This document shows, piece after piece, positions 8,823-18,513 of a stretch of 64,000 bases of DNA (its first letter is position 1; each line of letters starts with the position of its first letter). This stretch comes from a virus (Duplodnaviria; Caudoviricetes), in IMG/VR virus record IMGVR_UViG_3300023263_000002, positions 36,946-100,945 of that record. The stretch is one strand, 5' to 3'. The notes beneath the pieces are model-generated. The model saw nothing but the letters and a program-made list of their open reading frames with translations. It was not told where the DNA came from and searched no databases. Made by a program: the position numbers and the translations under genes.

Positions 8823-9271
8823 ATGAGCGAGGACGAAGAAAACGCGTATCGAGTTGCTGCTATCGATGCGTTGATATCAGCCACAAAATCAACTCAGGGG
8901 CATGAGGTCCCTGACACAAAGGTGCCCAGCGTCAAGACCTTGGACAGCTTGCGGCACCGTGTCGCTGCCTTCCTTCGGGAGATGCCCGAGCTTATGACTG
9001 TCGAGGAGATCTTGGAGGCCTTAGAGCGGCCCGTGGATAAGGCGGAGCTCCACAGTGGCAGCACCGTGGCTGTAAAACCTTAAGCGAATCAAGGCTCATA
9101 TACACCATGACAGACGATCCTAAGAAGAGCAAAGACGAGTCTAAGCAGAAGGATATCGTAAGAAAGGAGATCCAGGAGAAGGGAAAGCAGAGCGTAGTAG
9201 ACAAGTACCGCATCGATCCTGATAAGCCATATAAGCCGCACACACCTAAAAGAGGGATCAGGGAACAATGA
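8823..9271 (+). other. Two hypothetical CDS (8823-9083; 9107-9271, 54 aa Lys-rich, below the track cut-off)
   Basis: ORF track plus manual translation. Confidence 0.5.
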
Positions 9272-9374
9272 TACCCGAACGAACCCACTCGCAGATACGC
9301 TGATGAAGTCTTAGCTGGGGCTGAGATGTCAATCCGTGAAGCGAAAGGGTCTCGGCTGGCTCCGAAGCCCGATA

Positions 9375-9470
9375 GAGCCGCAGAGAGCGGTGGGAAGCAG
9401 GCACGGACCGGCTAGGGTAGCGGAGAGCTCATTGTGCCAGCTCATTCGCTGGCGCTCGCAGAGCTCTCCC
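9375..9470 (+). repeat. Dispersed ~95 bp intergenic element, copy A
   Basis: CGGCTAGGGTAG (9409-9420), TTGTGCCAGCTC (9432-9443), TCGCAGAGCT; same order and near-identical spacing at 45368-45425. Confidence 0.7.
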
Positions 9471-9471
9471 A

Positions 9472-9505
9472 ATAAAAAGCCCGCGTACCCTGGAGCACGC
9501 GGGAG
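9472..9505 (-). terminator. Terminator at the convergence of late (-) and early (+) transcription
   Basis: CCCGCGT...ACGCGGG stem followed by CTTTTTATT on the minus strand. Confidence 0.75.
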
Positions 9506-9529
9506 TTTACCTCCATTGCAGTTCCGCAG

Positions 9530-9781
9530 TCACTTCAACGGAGGGCACTCACTCAGGTACGTAGCGTTGTGCTCGCGTACCTGCTTTACTGTTTCAACCG
9601 TGTCGTTCTTCGCGGAATACCTAATCGGCTTGTAGATTATGCAGTTCGCCTTAGGCGTCGTTATCACGGTTGAAGGGGTCGTCGCGCACGCTGCGGTCAT
9701 CATGCTTAAGGGCACGACGAGCAGCCTCAGCCTTGGCAATCGTCTCCAAGTCCTGCGCATGTTGAGCAATTTCTTGTTCAC
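9530..9781 (-). CDS. o-spanin (Rz1-like lipoprotein)
   Basis: Hydrophobic stretch with lipobox-like TAAC; overlaps the upstream i-spanin in another frame. Confidence 0.7.
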   Translation of the reverse strand: MNKKLLNMRRTWRRLPRLRLLVVPLSMMTAACATTPSTVITTPKANCIIYKPIRYSAKNDTVETVKQVREHNATYLSECPPLK

Positions 9782-9896
9782 GTTGCTGCTCCACTCTTCC
9801 TTCCCGCCGACCCATAAAATACGAGATAAGATGAGTAAGCGGCGTTGTTATCAGTTTCGTTACAACTGTAGATAACCATGCGTAGAAGGCAGCCAT
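9651..9896 (-). CDS. i-spanin (Rz-like)
   Basis: N-terminal hydrophobic segment followed by a charged coiled coil. Confidence 0.65.
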   Translation of the reverse strand: MAAFYAWLSTVVTKLITTPLTHLISYFMGRREGRVEQQREQEIAQHAQDLETIAKAEAARRALKHDDRSVRDDPFNRDNDA

Positions 9897-9905
9897 AGTC
9901 TACTC

Positions 9906-11723
9906 CTATTGATCACAGGTACGTATACCTGTCGTGGGATCGTAGACACACGCACCATTTGTAAGAGGGGCGAAGGGCTCCTCAGCTACCACAACCTCAG
10001 GCTTCTCTTTCGTCGGAGCCTTGAGAATCCCCATACGCTTGCCGTCCGGCCGGAAGGTAGTGAAACCTTTCAGACCCATTTCCCACGCGCGCATGTAGAT
10101 GTTCTGGAATGCCCCAAACTCGATGTCGGGGCCGATGTTGCTCGTCTTCGAACAAGATGAGTCAACGTATTTGGATGCGATGTTGAGCACGTTGAGGTGA
10201 TCATCAATTGTGCAGTCACCAGCGGTCTTACCTCGCACGCCGAACCGAGCCACACCATAGTCCTGCATGATGAAAGTTTGCAGACCGCTCGGCGTATACA
10301 TCTTGCGCTCGTACTCGTATGCGAATACCGGCTCGATGCCCGACGAGATGTTATCGGCCGTGACCGATATCGTCCCCGTCGGAGCAATGGACAGGAGGTG
10401 CGAGTTTCGGATGCCCTGCTCGTGGATCTTGTTCTGCACGTCCTCGGGGAGGGTATCGATAAACCTGCTCTCCATATACTTGTCGCGATCGAAGAGCGGA
10501 AAGGATCCCTTCTGCACAGCAAGGTCGCTCGACGCTGCATACGCTGTATCACGAAGGGTCTGCATGATCTTCTCGAAGATTTCGAGAAAGTCAGGAGACC
10601 CATATGGACATCCCAGAGCTTCGATAGCGTTGGCTACGCCTGTTACCCCCAAGCCCATCCGGCGCTTATTCATCTGCTCTTCGCGCTGCTCTGGAAGTGG
10701 GTAGGTGGCAGTGTCGAAGATGTTGTCCATGCCCTCGACAACCGGAGGGATATCAGCCTTGAAAGCTTCGAAGTCGAAAGTGAGTTTATCGCTGCGACGT
10801 ACGACATACTTTACAAGGTTGAAGGATCCCAACATGCAAACACCGAACGGCGGCAAAGGCTGCTCACCGCACGGATTCGTGGCAGCGAGTTCTTCGCAAT
10901 ACCACAGGTTGTTCATCTTGTTGATTTGATCGATGAACAGGATGCCAGGCTCTGCCCAATCCCAGGTGCCGCGCATGATCTCGGACCAGAGATCGCGAGC
11001 ACGAACCGTGGAGTAGACCCGGCCGCCGTACGTCAACTGGAAGTCGGTGTCGTCCTTGACGGCTTGCATGAACTCATCAGTGACGGCAACCGAAACGTTG
11101 AAGTTGGTCAGGCGCAGCGTAGACTGAAGCGCGTTGAACATCTCCTGCCGACGAATGGGGTTCGTCTCAGCCTCAGCGAGATCCCAAAGCACCTGGGTTT
11201 CCATTGGTGCGCGTTTGCAGCGAATGAAGTCCAGGATATTCGGATGATCGCAACGCAGCACGCCCATCATGGCTCCGCGGCGATGTCCGGCCGACTTGAT
11301 TGTCTCGCAGACCGCGTTGAAGATGCCCATGAAGCTAACCGGGCCAGATGCCTGAGAGCCAAGAGAGGCGATCATATCTCCTGATGGTCGTATGGTTGAG
11401 AAGTCACCTCCCCAGCCGCCGCCCATACGCAATGTTAGCGCGCAATACTCGGCCGCGCGCATGATGCCTTCCATCGAGTCATCGATAGTTGAACTCACGT
11501 AGCAGTTGCCTGCCGTAACCTTCTTCAAGCTTCCCACCGCTGCTTGTATCCGCCCTGCCGGCAAGAAGCTCATGTCGCCGATGATTGATTTCAGACGATA
11601 GAAATGTGCGCTATTCGACGCCATCCCGCCGCACATTCTAACTACGGCATCACGGAAAGTTTCATTCGCTCCGCGATACTTATCGTAGTGCGTCTGATCA
11701 GATATAACTAGAGTTGGACCCAT
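9906..11723 (-). CDS. nrdJ: Class II (adenosylcobalamin-dependent) ribonucleotide reductase
   Basis: FLPAGRI, GGGWG, RRGAMM, TNPCGEQPL, RRMGLG, SIAPTGTIS, C-terminal Cys pair; no beta-subunit gene nearby. Confidence 0.92.
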   Translation of the reverse strand: MGPTLVISDQTHYDKYRGANETFRDAVVRMCGGMASNSAHFYRLKSIIGDMSFLPAGRIQAAVGSLKKVTAGNCYVSSTIDDSMEGIMRAAEYCALTLRMGGGWGGDFSTIRPSGDMIASLGSQASGPVSFMGIFNAVCETIKSAGHRRGAMMGVLRCDHPNILDFIRCKRAPMETQVLWDLAEAETNPIRRQEMFNALQSTLRLTNFNVSVAVTDEFMQAVKDDTDFQLTYGGRVYSTVRARDLWSEIMRGTWDWAEPGILFIDQINKMNNLWYCEELAATNPCGEQPLPPFGVCMLGSFNLVKYVVRRSDKLTFDFEAFKADIPPVVEGMDNIFDTATYPLPEQREEQMNKRRMGLGVTGVANAIEALGCPYGSPDFLEIFEKIMQTLRDTAYAASSDLAVQKGSFPLFDRDKYMESRFIDTLPEDVQNKIHEQGIRNSHLLSIAPTGTISVTADNISSGIEPVFAYEYERKMYTPSGLQTFIMQDYGVARFGVRGKTAGDCTIDDHLNVLNIASKYVDSSCSKTSNIGPDIEFGAFQNIYMRAWEMGLKGFTTFRPDGKRMGILKAPTKEKPEVVVAEEPFAPLTNGACVYDPTTGIRTCDQ

Positions 11724-11744
11724 TTAGACACCCCTTGGAGATTT

Positions 11745-11777
11745 ATATAGCGTCCGCAGCGGATACGGACGCTATAT
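11745..11777. terminator. 12 bp perfect hairpin between the holin-like gene and nrdJ
   Basis: ATATAGCGTCCG-9 nt-CGGACGCTATAT. Confidence 0.5.
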
Positions 11778-11798
11778 GTTACATATCGACCACGAATT

Positions 11799-12032
11799 CT
11801 ACTTGTTTTCGTTGGTGGCCGTAATCTCCTTCTTCGCGTACACGCGGCCCCACAGCGACGCGGCGCCGGCTAGGGATGTCACGATGGCGACGATGAGACC
11901 GGGTAGCTGATCGGCGATAGTTGATCCAGCGGCCTGATCAACAAAGCCGAGGCTGACTGCCACACCAACGAGAACCTGTACAAGGCTGGCCCACACGCCG
12001 ATTGACTGATACCAGGGTTTCGTTTCGTTCAT
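11799..12032 (-). CDS. Holin-like membrane protein
   Basis: KPWYQSIGVW start, two TM helices, basic C-terminus. Confidence 0.65.
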   Translation of the reverse strand: MNETKPWYQSIGVWASLVQVLVGVAVSLGFVDQAAGSTIADQLPGLIVAIVTSLAGAASLWGRVYAKKEITATNENK

Positions 12033-12059
12033 ATTACTTCTCCATGTTGTAGATATTGC

Positions 12060-12341
12060 TTATTTGAACGGAAGGTATCGTGAGATAACCTCCCAGACGA
12101 ATCCTCCTAGTGCGGCTGCGAAAGCCAACATGCTGAATAGCATCCGCTTACCACCCTCTACTCGAACCATGTAGTTTTTAAGTTCATCTACATCAGCTTT
12201 TAAACTCTTCAGCTCTTCGCGATCAGCCTCGCGCCGCTCCTCCATATGCCTATCGTTACGATCAAGTCGATCATGTAATGCCTTGACTTCTGCAATAAGC
12301 TGTCCGAGTAGACGATCTGTTGACTTGTCAGCAGCAACCAT
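12060..12341 (-). CDS. Coiled-coil plus C-terminal TM protein (XhlA-like, lysis-associated)
   Basis: Heptad-rich N-terminus and a single C-terminal TM segment. Confidence 0.6.
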   Translation of the reverse strand: MVAADKSTDRLLGQLIAEVKALHDRLDRNDRHMEERREADREELKSLKADVDELKNYMVRVEGGKRMLFSMLAFAAALGGFVWEVISRYLPFK

Positions 12342-12496
12342 GGCCAGTTATTCTCGCTGATCTACAATCGTACGAATCTGCGGTAACAAGCAGGACTGAT
12401 TTGCATCAGTATCGACTCCTAATGGTGATGCCATTAGCGTTCCCCTTCTATGAGCCATCTTCTATCTTTGCTTGTGCGAGAATAGATAGTTTGAAT

Positions 12497-13072
12497 TTAG
12501 CTTACCCGGTCATTGAATTCCTCCGTAACTTGATTGAACGTCGTCACCTCCCCCGCATCGATCTTACTGCTGACTTCTGCTTCGGCTGCAAAGCACTTCT
12601 GCACGTGAGCATATACAGCTTCGGCAAGCGGAAGGAATTTTTTCATCGTCTGCTTCTTGAAACTACCCGATCCTGCTTTGTAAGTGAACAGTTCGTTGGG
12701 GAATTGTTCGGCACGCAGTCGAACCTCCGCAAACAACTTCTGCTCTTCTCGAGTAGTTTTGATGGGTTCAGATTCCCAGACGATACCAGAGGTCTCTGCG
12801 AAGTATCTTAGGTCTGCCAAGAAGGCGTGCAACTCTTCCGCAGACTTTGGCACCGCTCCAGGATGCGTGAACTTGGCCCCATCGTACGACCAACCAACAC
12901 TTGGAATCGAGCCGTCCTCGGTTCTGAATGGAACAAGGTCGTGGCCGTCTTCATCGACTTCCGAGAGGCGCACCATTGTCTTTCCGGGGATCCCAAAATC
13001 GGAGTCCCCTAGTATGACATTCTCCACTAGTCCAGTAGTTCCGATAACAGCAATCTTGTAATTCTTGTTCAT
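12497..13072 (-). CDS. Tail fibre assembly-like protein (DUF4376-like C-terminus)
   Basis: GWSYDGAKF motif; HVQKCFAAEA; follows the fibre gene. Confidence 0.7.
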   Translation of the reverse strand: MNKNYKIAVIGTTGLVENVILGDSDFGIPGKTMVRLSEVDEDGHDLVPFRTEDGSIPSVGWSYDGAKFTHPGAVPKSAEELHAFLADLRYFAETSGIVWESEPIKTTREEQKLFAEVRLRAEQFPNELFTYKAGSGSFKKQTMKKFLPLAEAVYAHVQKCFAAEAEVSSKIDAGEVTTFNQVTEEFNDRVS

Positions 13073-13077
13073 GACTA

Positions 13078-14217
13078 TCAACCGAGTGTCCATACCCGAA
13101 CCTCCCCACGAGCGCCAGCACCGCCGCCACCGTTGTCAGAAGCACCACCACCGCCACCGGGAGCCGATCCAGCACTACCAACAACGCCGGTAGTACCGCT
13201 ACCGCCGCCATCGCCGCCTACAACAGAGTTGCCTCCAGCTGTGGTGGAGCCTGCAGCACTAGCACCACCACCGCCACCGCCGCCATATAATGACTCACCA
13301 CCGATAGACGCGATACTGGCACCACCGGCACCACCACCGCCACCGCCGAATATCGCTGAACCACCAGTAATTACTGTAGTGTTAGAGCCGCCACCGCCGT
13401 AACGCCCAGCAGTACCGCCTGATGGAGTTTGGCCAGATATACCCGGCTCACCTGGAGTGGATCCAGATCCAGCACTTGTAGCACCACCACCGCCACCACC
13501 AATTCCGCCGGCCACGCCACCACCGCCACCAAATGCTGATAAATGTGTTCCGAAGGTTGATGAGCCACCTGCACTACCGTTGGCGCCCGAGCCGCCGCCA
13601 CCACCCGCTGCTACAGTAACTGTAACTGTGGCAGCCAAGTCGCCGGCACGAAACGTATATACCGTGTACGCACCGCCACCGCCACCACCGCCACCGTTAG
13701 TATTACTGCCGCCACCGCCACCGCCACCCCACAACTCTACACGCACAAGAGCATCGGCGCTAATATCTTCTGGCTTGGTCCAGGTGCCGGAGGCTGTGAA
13801 TACTTGACGGTCAATCTGAGCCCCGCCGCTGCTGGCAACCTGAACCGTTACAGTTCTAAACTCACCATTGTTAAACAGCACACCGTAGGTAACGCCAGCT
13901 ACAATCTCACCAGCAGCAAACGGGTCTCCGTTAACCTTGACCCAATTGTAGTATGGATTGGAAGAGGATACTCGAAGCCGCGCAACATCTGTATTGTCTT
14001 GTTCTGGAGTAACCCAGAATAACATTCCAGATACGACATCAGCATCGAGGACAGGATCAACGATGATAGTGTAGTCATTTCCGGTATTCGAGATAGACGT
14101 TGGAACCAACGCGATGGCATCAAACATGATGCCAACCTTCTCCGCTAGGTTGTCAACTAGCTCCTTTCCTGTAACAGGAGGAGTACTTGCAGATGTAAAC
14201 GTCGTCCGAGTAGCCAT
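13078..14217 (-). CDS. Glycine-rich tail fibre/receptor-binding protein
   Basis: FTASGTWTKP..VRVELWGGGGGGG followed by a long Gly-rich domain. Confidence 0.8.
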   Translation of the reverse strand: MATRTTFTSASTPPVTGKELVDNLAEKVGIMFDAIALVPTSISNTGNDYTIIVDPVLDADVVSGMLFWVTPEQDNTDVARLRVSSSNPYYNWVKVNGDPFAAGEIVAGVTYGVLFNNGEFRTVTVQVASSGGAQIDRQVFTASGTWTKPEDISADALVRVELWGGGGGGGSNTNGGGGGGGGAYTVYTFRAGDLAATVTVTVAAGGGGGSGANGSAGGSSTFGTHLSAFGGGGGVAGGIGGGGGGATSAGSGSTPGEPGISGQTPSGGTAGRYGGGGSNTTVITGGSAIFGGGGGGAGGASIASIGGESLYGGGGGGGASAAGSTTAGGNSVVGGDGGGSGTTGVVGSAGSAPGGGGGASDNGGGGAGARGEVRVWTLG

Positions 14218-17200
14218 TAGACAGAAACTCCAAAAACCTCACCAAACATTTCCGAGGCCTCGTCAACACAAACAAGCTGAGCTTCCAGATTGATTTGCGG
14301 CGATATCTCAGACACAACTAACCGTTTGTACTCACTCCCGAGAACACCAGCGACAACCAAACATCCAGGAGCCACTGTGTGGATCGGATGTCTATCGAAA
14401 GTAGAATTATGTCCGTATCGGATGGGTATCGGAGTAGTAAACTCAAGCTCATCTGTTAGGCCTGAAACCGTGCTCAAGCCGTGAGTGGTGGTCTGCCCAT
14501 TCGTCAGTCGAATAGCAACTCCAGTTGTTATTCCGAGGGCTAGAACATCTTCTACTTCCAGCATGTCGTATACATCGAGGACGTCTTCTTCAGTAACCAC
14601 CTCGATAGGAGCATCGAGAATGATTCCAGTGATTTCATCTTCGTCGTATATAACGTCTGCTATGCGCGCGTATCCGTACTGTGACTGCAGGATATCGTGA
14701 GTGACACCAATCAGATCACCGCGGCGGCAGACGATTGATTCAGAAGGAGCATTCAAACTGTAGAATGCTGCACGACGCTCAGCTTGGAGTAGATCAAACC
14801 TAGCCCTACGAATAACATCGGCCTCTCGAATAAGCCCGTCGTATGTCACCTGTTCCAGGCGATTAGATGAACCTTCGGCACCGGTCCGGTAAACGACAAC
14901 CTGGTCGTTGCCATAGTCGAGTTCGAACTCTCTGAAGTTGATTCGGAACCCTGCCGGAAGTCTAGAGAACGCCTTCCTCCACGATAACCCTGAGCTATTC
15001 CTCGGAGAGAACACCTGAGTAGGTGTATCACCGCTCCGATCAAAATCTTGGATAACTCCGAAGAGTTCTGAGCGGTACAGTCGCCCGAATCCGCATGAGG
15101 CAACAACACGCAGCAAGTCAGGAACCTCTAGTCCCTCGACCACCATATCGCACGTGAAGTCAGATGCTGCACATCTGCGCCACCAATCAATGATAGAGGT
15201 GTCGTCCAGAAGCTCTTCCGGAAGCGGATCAAAGTTTTGTGCTCCTGTAAGAACATCACGAAAATGCGCAGCCGGGTTGCTCGTGACTCTAAACTCATTC
15301 CAATCAGTCTGCTTACCATTGTAAGGGAACATCGCGTTCTCCGTTACAAGGAATGTCGCATTAGCTACGACCCAGAAGTTTGTCCAACCTGATGGATTTG
15401 CTCCGAGCGTGTCGGAACTAAAATCAGTAGCGAGCGTTGCTAAATCGGGCGGACTGGGCGCTGTATCACCATCACTCGCAGAAAACCAATTTATACTCGA
15501 TGATGCATCTGTTCCGAGTTGGTTGAAGAAAATACCAACCCTACCTGATGTGAAAGCAGTATCAGTTGTTTCTAGAGTCCAATCATCCGGCTCAGATAAC
15601 GCAGCCGACCACACTTTGGCCTTTAACGCAGAGCCACGCACCTGGAACCGAATAAAGTAGTTTCTGCCTTCTTCGACTGGAAAAGGCGTTGTTGCAATAA
15701 CAGTGAATGCCGGTGCGAACTTGTTAATCTCCAGTCGTGCTGTATTCGTAGCATCTGCCAAACGAAGCGTTGCCCTGTACCCAGTCTCAGTTGCAGCCGC
15801 ACCTCCCACCCTAAGCATAGGTGTGCCCTGAATCTCACCTTCGTCAACAACAAGGGTGGGCCTGAGGAATATAAGCACTTCAGGATCGATCATCGTTCCC
15901 GCAGCATCATACGTGAATACGGTTCGATTCGTTCCAGAGGACCTAGCTGTAACTGGGCCACGACCTTGCGGAAGGTCTTTCACGTACCCTGAAGCGATAA
16001 CCGACAACTTCTTAACTGACCGGTTCCGAGCCGTAAGAGCAATGAGCGTCATCCCTGCTTGTACGATGGGATGCTCGTTCCACACGTTCACCAACCGAAC
16101 GAGTGTGATAGAGTCGAGGAGGCCTTCTCTTGTTACTGGAAGCTCACCAGCATCAGTCCGACCAAAAAAGTTTAGGATGCTTCCGCTATACGTGTACGTT
16201 GACGAAGTGAAGTTCGCCGATACAAGAGTCGCACCACGCTTGATTTCAATATCGTAGATTCCCGGTGTCCAGTCAGCTGCACTGAGGTAGATATCAGCGT
16301 GCTCAGCGAACAAGACAACATTTCGCAGATTTGTAGTTAGCTCCGTTCCCGCTACAAGAATATCGTTTCCCGCACCCGCAGAAAAGTACGCGTCTGATTC
16401 AAAAATAGTTCCCAGCGGTTGTACGTTTTGCGCAGGGACAAGTTTGCGCGCAGATACAAATCCGATAGTAGACGGCACTGGTGGAAAGGCAGAAGTGTAG
16501 GCCTCTCCCCAGTAAATCTTTATCTGCAACCTGACTGAACTCTGCGTCTCATTCTGATAGTGAATCTCAGGCAAATCACGCCAAAGAGTATCACCTCGTC
16601 TCCGCATCCGCAAGCGAATTGGAATACGCAAACTTCCTGTAGCGTCTTGCCGAGCCAGACCTTGTAGATTCAAATGGATCCAGTTCTCGTCAGGATCAAT
16701 GCGTGTGGTGACAGCATGGAACACGGGAAGCGGATCAGCACCTTGAAGCGTATCCTGATTCTCTGGATCTACTGTATGAACCGACAATTCAATGTTTGGC
16801 TCAGTCGTCCTGCCTTGCCTCTCAGTCAAGGTAACGGGGATGTCTCCTGGGAGACCATTCCGCACCTCGATCTCGATATCCGTCGCATCGGCCGACTCCA
16901 AGTCGATGGAAGCGTCACCTAGGCGAATATCTTCTAGAGCGTGCGGACCTGCGAGTCCCCAGACAGCTTCGACGATCTCGTCCTGACCGATGAGTTCAAT
17001 AATCGGCTCAGTGAGGAACGGCGGGAACATCCGCCGTGTGCCGATCACGCGAGGAACCGGGGCATTCGCCTCCAGCAGATTGCCGTCGATAGAAGCGGCC
17101 TCAAGCCGGAGACCGGCTCCCTTTTGCTCTGCTCCGGGCTTTGCCGTTGGGGGCGGTGTCAGCGCTTGAATCGCCAGAGCTCCGGCAATGCCGACCACGC

Positions 17201-17579
17201 CGGACAGAACAGCCGCGCCGATCGTTCCCGCAGCGAACCCCGCTCCGAGGACTGGGGCGAGCAGACCAGCACTGATACCACCAGTAACGACAGTAAGAGC
17301 GATGGCAGCAATCAAGCCAAAGACTTGTTTGCCACCACCGCCTGCGCCGCCCCCGATGTAATCATGCATCGATATGATTGTACCGGTCTTGGGTCTGACT
17401 CTTTTCCAATACTCCCTAGGCACGAGATCGCCATTGATCGTTACCGACCCGCGCTCGAGGAAGTCCTTTGGCAGATGTGAGTTGAAGCTGACGATCTCAT
17501 AGAGCGTAAAACCCTCCCCAATCTGACTGATATGAGGAGAGCCCAGAGCAAAAGGATCGCGATATACTGTATGCAGCAT
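14217..17579 (-). CDS. Tail tip/central fibre protein (gpJ-like) with inserted lectin-like domain
   Basis: 1120 aa; PVPRVIG, TSNPA, RGDLIGVTHD; follows the NlpC/P60 gene. Confidence 0.8.
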   Translation of the reverse strand: MLHTVYRDPFALGSPHISQIGEGFTLYEIVSFNSHLPKDFLERGSVTINGDLVPREYWKRVRPKTGTIISMHDYIGGGAGGGGKQVFGLIAAIALTVVTGGISAGLLAPVLGAGFAAGTIGAAVLSGVVGIAGALAIQALTPPPTAKPGAEQKGAGLRLEAASIDGNLLEANAPVPRVIGTRRMFPPFLTEPIIELIGQDEIVEAVWGLAGPHALEDIRLGDASIDLESADATDIEIEVRNGLPGDIPVTLTERQGRTTEPNIELSVHTVDPENQDTLQGADPLPVFHAVTTRIDPDENWIHLNLQGLARQDATGSLRIPIRLRMRRRGDTLWRDLPEIHYQNETQSSVRLQIKIYWGEAYTSAFPPVPSTIGFVSARKLVPAQNVQPLGTIFESDAYFSAGAGNDILVAGTELTTNLRNVVLFAEHADIYLSAADWTPGIYDIEIKRGATLVSANFTSSTYTYSGSILNFFGRTDAGELPVTREGLLDSITLVRLVNVWNEHPIVQAGMTLIALTARNRSVKKLSVIASGYVKDLPQGRGPVTARSSGTNRTVFTYDAAGTMIDPEVLIFLRPTLVVDEGEIQGTPMLRVGGAAATETGYRATLRLADATNTARLEINKFAPAFTVIATTPFPVEEGRNYFIRFQVRGSALKAKVWSAALSEPDDWTLETTDTAFTSGRVGIFFNQLGTDASSSINWFSASDGDTAPSPPDLATLATDFSSDTLGANPSGWTNFWVVANATFLVTENAMFPYNGKQTDWNEFRVTSNPAAHFRDVLTGAQNFDPLPEELLDDTSIIDWWRRCAASDFTCDMVVEGLEVPDLLRVVASCGFGRLYRSELFGVIQDFDRSGDTPTQVFSPRNSSGLSWRKAFSRLPAGFRINFREFELDYGNDQVVVYRTGAEGSSNRLEQVTYDGLIREADVIRRARFDLLQAERRAAFYSLNAPSESIVCRRGDLIGVTHDILQSQYGYARIADVIYDEDEITGIILDAPIEVVTEEDVLDVYDMLEVEDVLALGITTGVAIRLTNGQTTTHGLSTVSGLTDELEFTTPIPIRYGHNSTFDRHPIHTVAPGCLVVAGVLGSEYKRLVVSEISPQINLEAQLVCVDEASEMFGEVFGVSV

Positions 17580-17581
17580 AA

Positions 17582-17998
17582 CTACCCACCGATATCTTTA
17601 TGTCTTCTGAAGCCTACGATCCTCGATCTGATTGTCATGTGCCCCAGAGGCACCATAACAGAATCTACCGATCTCTCAGTATGAAGGACCGCGGTTCCGC
17701 CAGCAACTACTACTCCCACATGCCCAACCTTTCGAGCGCCATAAAACCGCATTACGACAACATCGAAAGGCATTATATCTTCTCGCGCGATCTCTCTCCA
17801 CGGCTCGAGTATGTAGTTTCCTTCTACCATCTGCGAGACGGCCACGAGATCATTCGCTGAGATTTCTCCGTAGGTTGGCAACTCGATGCGAAGCTCATTC
17901 AGATAGATCAACCTGACCAACCCCCAGCAGTCGCAGCCTGTCCGCTCGCGACCTTGATCCTTGAAAGGAATGCCTACATACTTCGAGAGCCAATTCAT
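17582..17998 (-). CDS. NlpC/P60 tail-tip peptidase (gpK-like)
   Basis: YVGIPF..GR..GCDCWGLV...HVGV...VLH. Confidence 0.88.
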   Translation of the reverse strand: MNWLSKYVGIPFKDQGRERTGCDCWGLVRLIYLNELRIELPTYGEISANDLVAVSQMVEGNYILEPWREIAREDIMPFDVVVMRFYGARKVGHVGVVVAGGTAVLHTERSVDSVMVPLGHMTIRSRIVGFRRHKDIGG

Positions 17999-18513
17999 CT
18001 GAACAACCCCGGAAACCGAGTCTTGGTCGCCATCATTCCTGGCCACAGCTCTTGCGTATAGTCCCATGACACAATACGCGCAGTCAACTGCATCGCATCA
18101 GTTTCAATCTCGGTTAGAAACAACTGAGGAGCATTGTACGTGTACACTGCAGATCCTGCTCCGTTCTTTTCTGTGCAGGGCGTCTCGTCAAGGTTGAACT
18201 CGCTGCCTGCGAACACTTGGATGTGTACGCGCGCGGGAGCTACTGCTGCGAGGATGCCTTCGGGTATCTGCTTGCTGATGTTCTGAATAGTCAACTGCGA
18301 GAACGGCGCCGCTTCATTATCTGACAAGAGTCGGATATCAAACTGGAACCCAATATGCTCGTGACCATCCAGTACGAAATTACGGGGATCCGAAACAACA
18401 CGAATCGCATCCGAGAGCGCCGGATGCGATATAGTCAGGAACACAACGTAGAACTCTGCTGAGTCCTGCCTATTGAGTTCCCGCAATACTGCCGATGGAA
18501 GCGAACGAGGCAT
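17995..18513 (-). CDS. Tail tip protein (DUF1833/gpL-like)
   Basis: FLTISHP..IRVVSD, LTIQN, FPGLF C-terminus; synteny. Confidence 0.75.
   Translation of the reverse strand: MPRSLPSAVLRELNRQDSAEFYVVFLTISHPALSDAIRVVSDPRNFVLDGHEHIGFQFDIRLLSDNEAAPFSQLTIQNISKQIPEGILAAVAPARVHIQVFAGSEFNLDETPCTEKNGAGSAVYTYNAPQLFLTEIETDAMQLTARIVSWDYTQELWPGMMATKTRFPGLFR

Noticed and set aside
10197-11384. 395 aa plus-strand ORF, and similar long ORFs at 47796-49007, 28882-29643 and 59291-60118
   Set aside because: Antisense shadows of well-supported genes (nrdJ, terminase/portal, scaffold, OMP) with no recognisable motifs.
9906-11723. Intein or intron in nrdJ (also considered for terL)
   Set aside because: Normal lengths and no splice-junction or homing-endonuclease motifs; the NrdJ insert is too short.
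13133-13807. Poly-proline ORFs and CCR triplet repeats
   Set aside because: Simply the reverse complement of Gly codons in the fibre gene; not a separate gene or repeat array.
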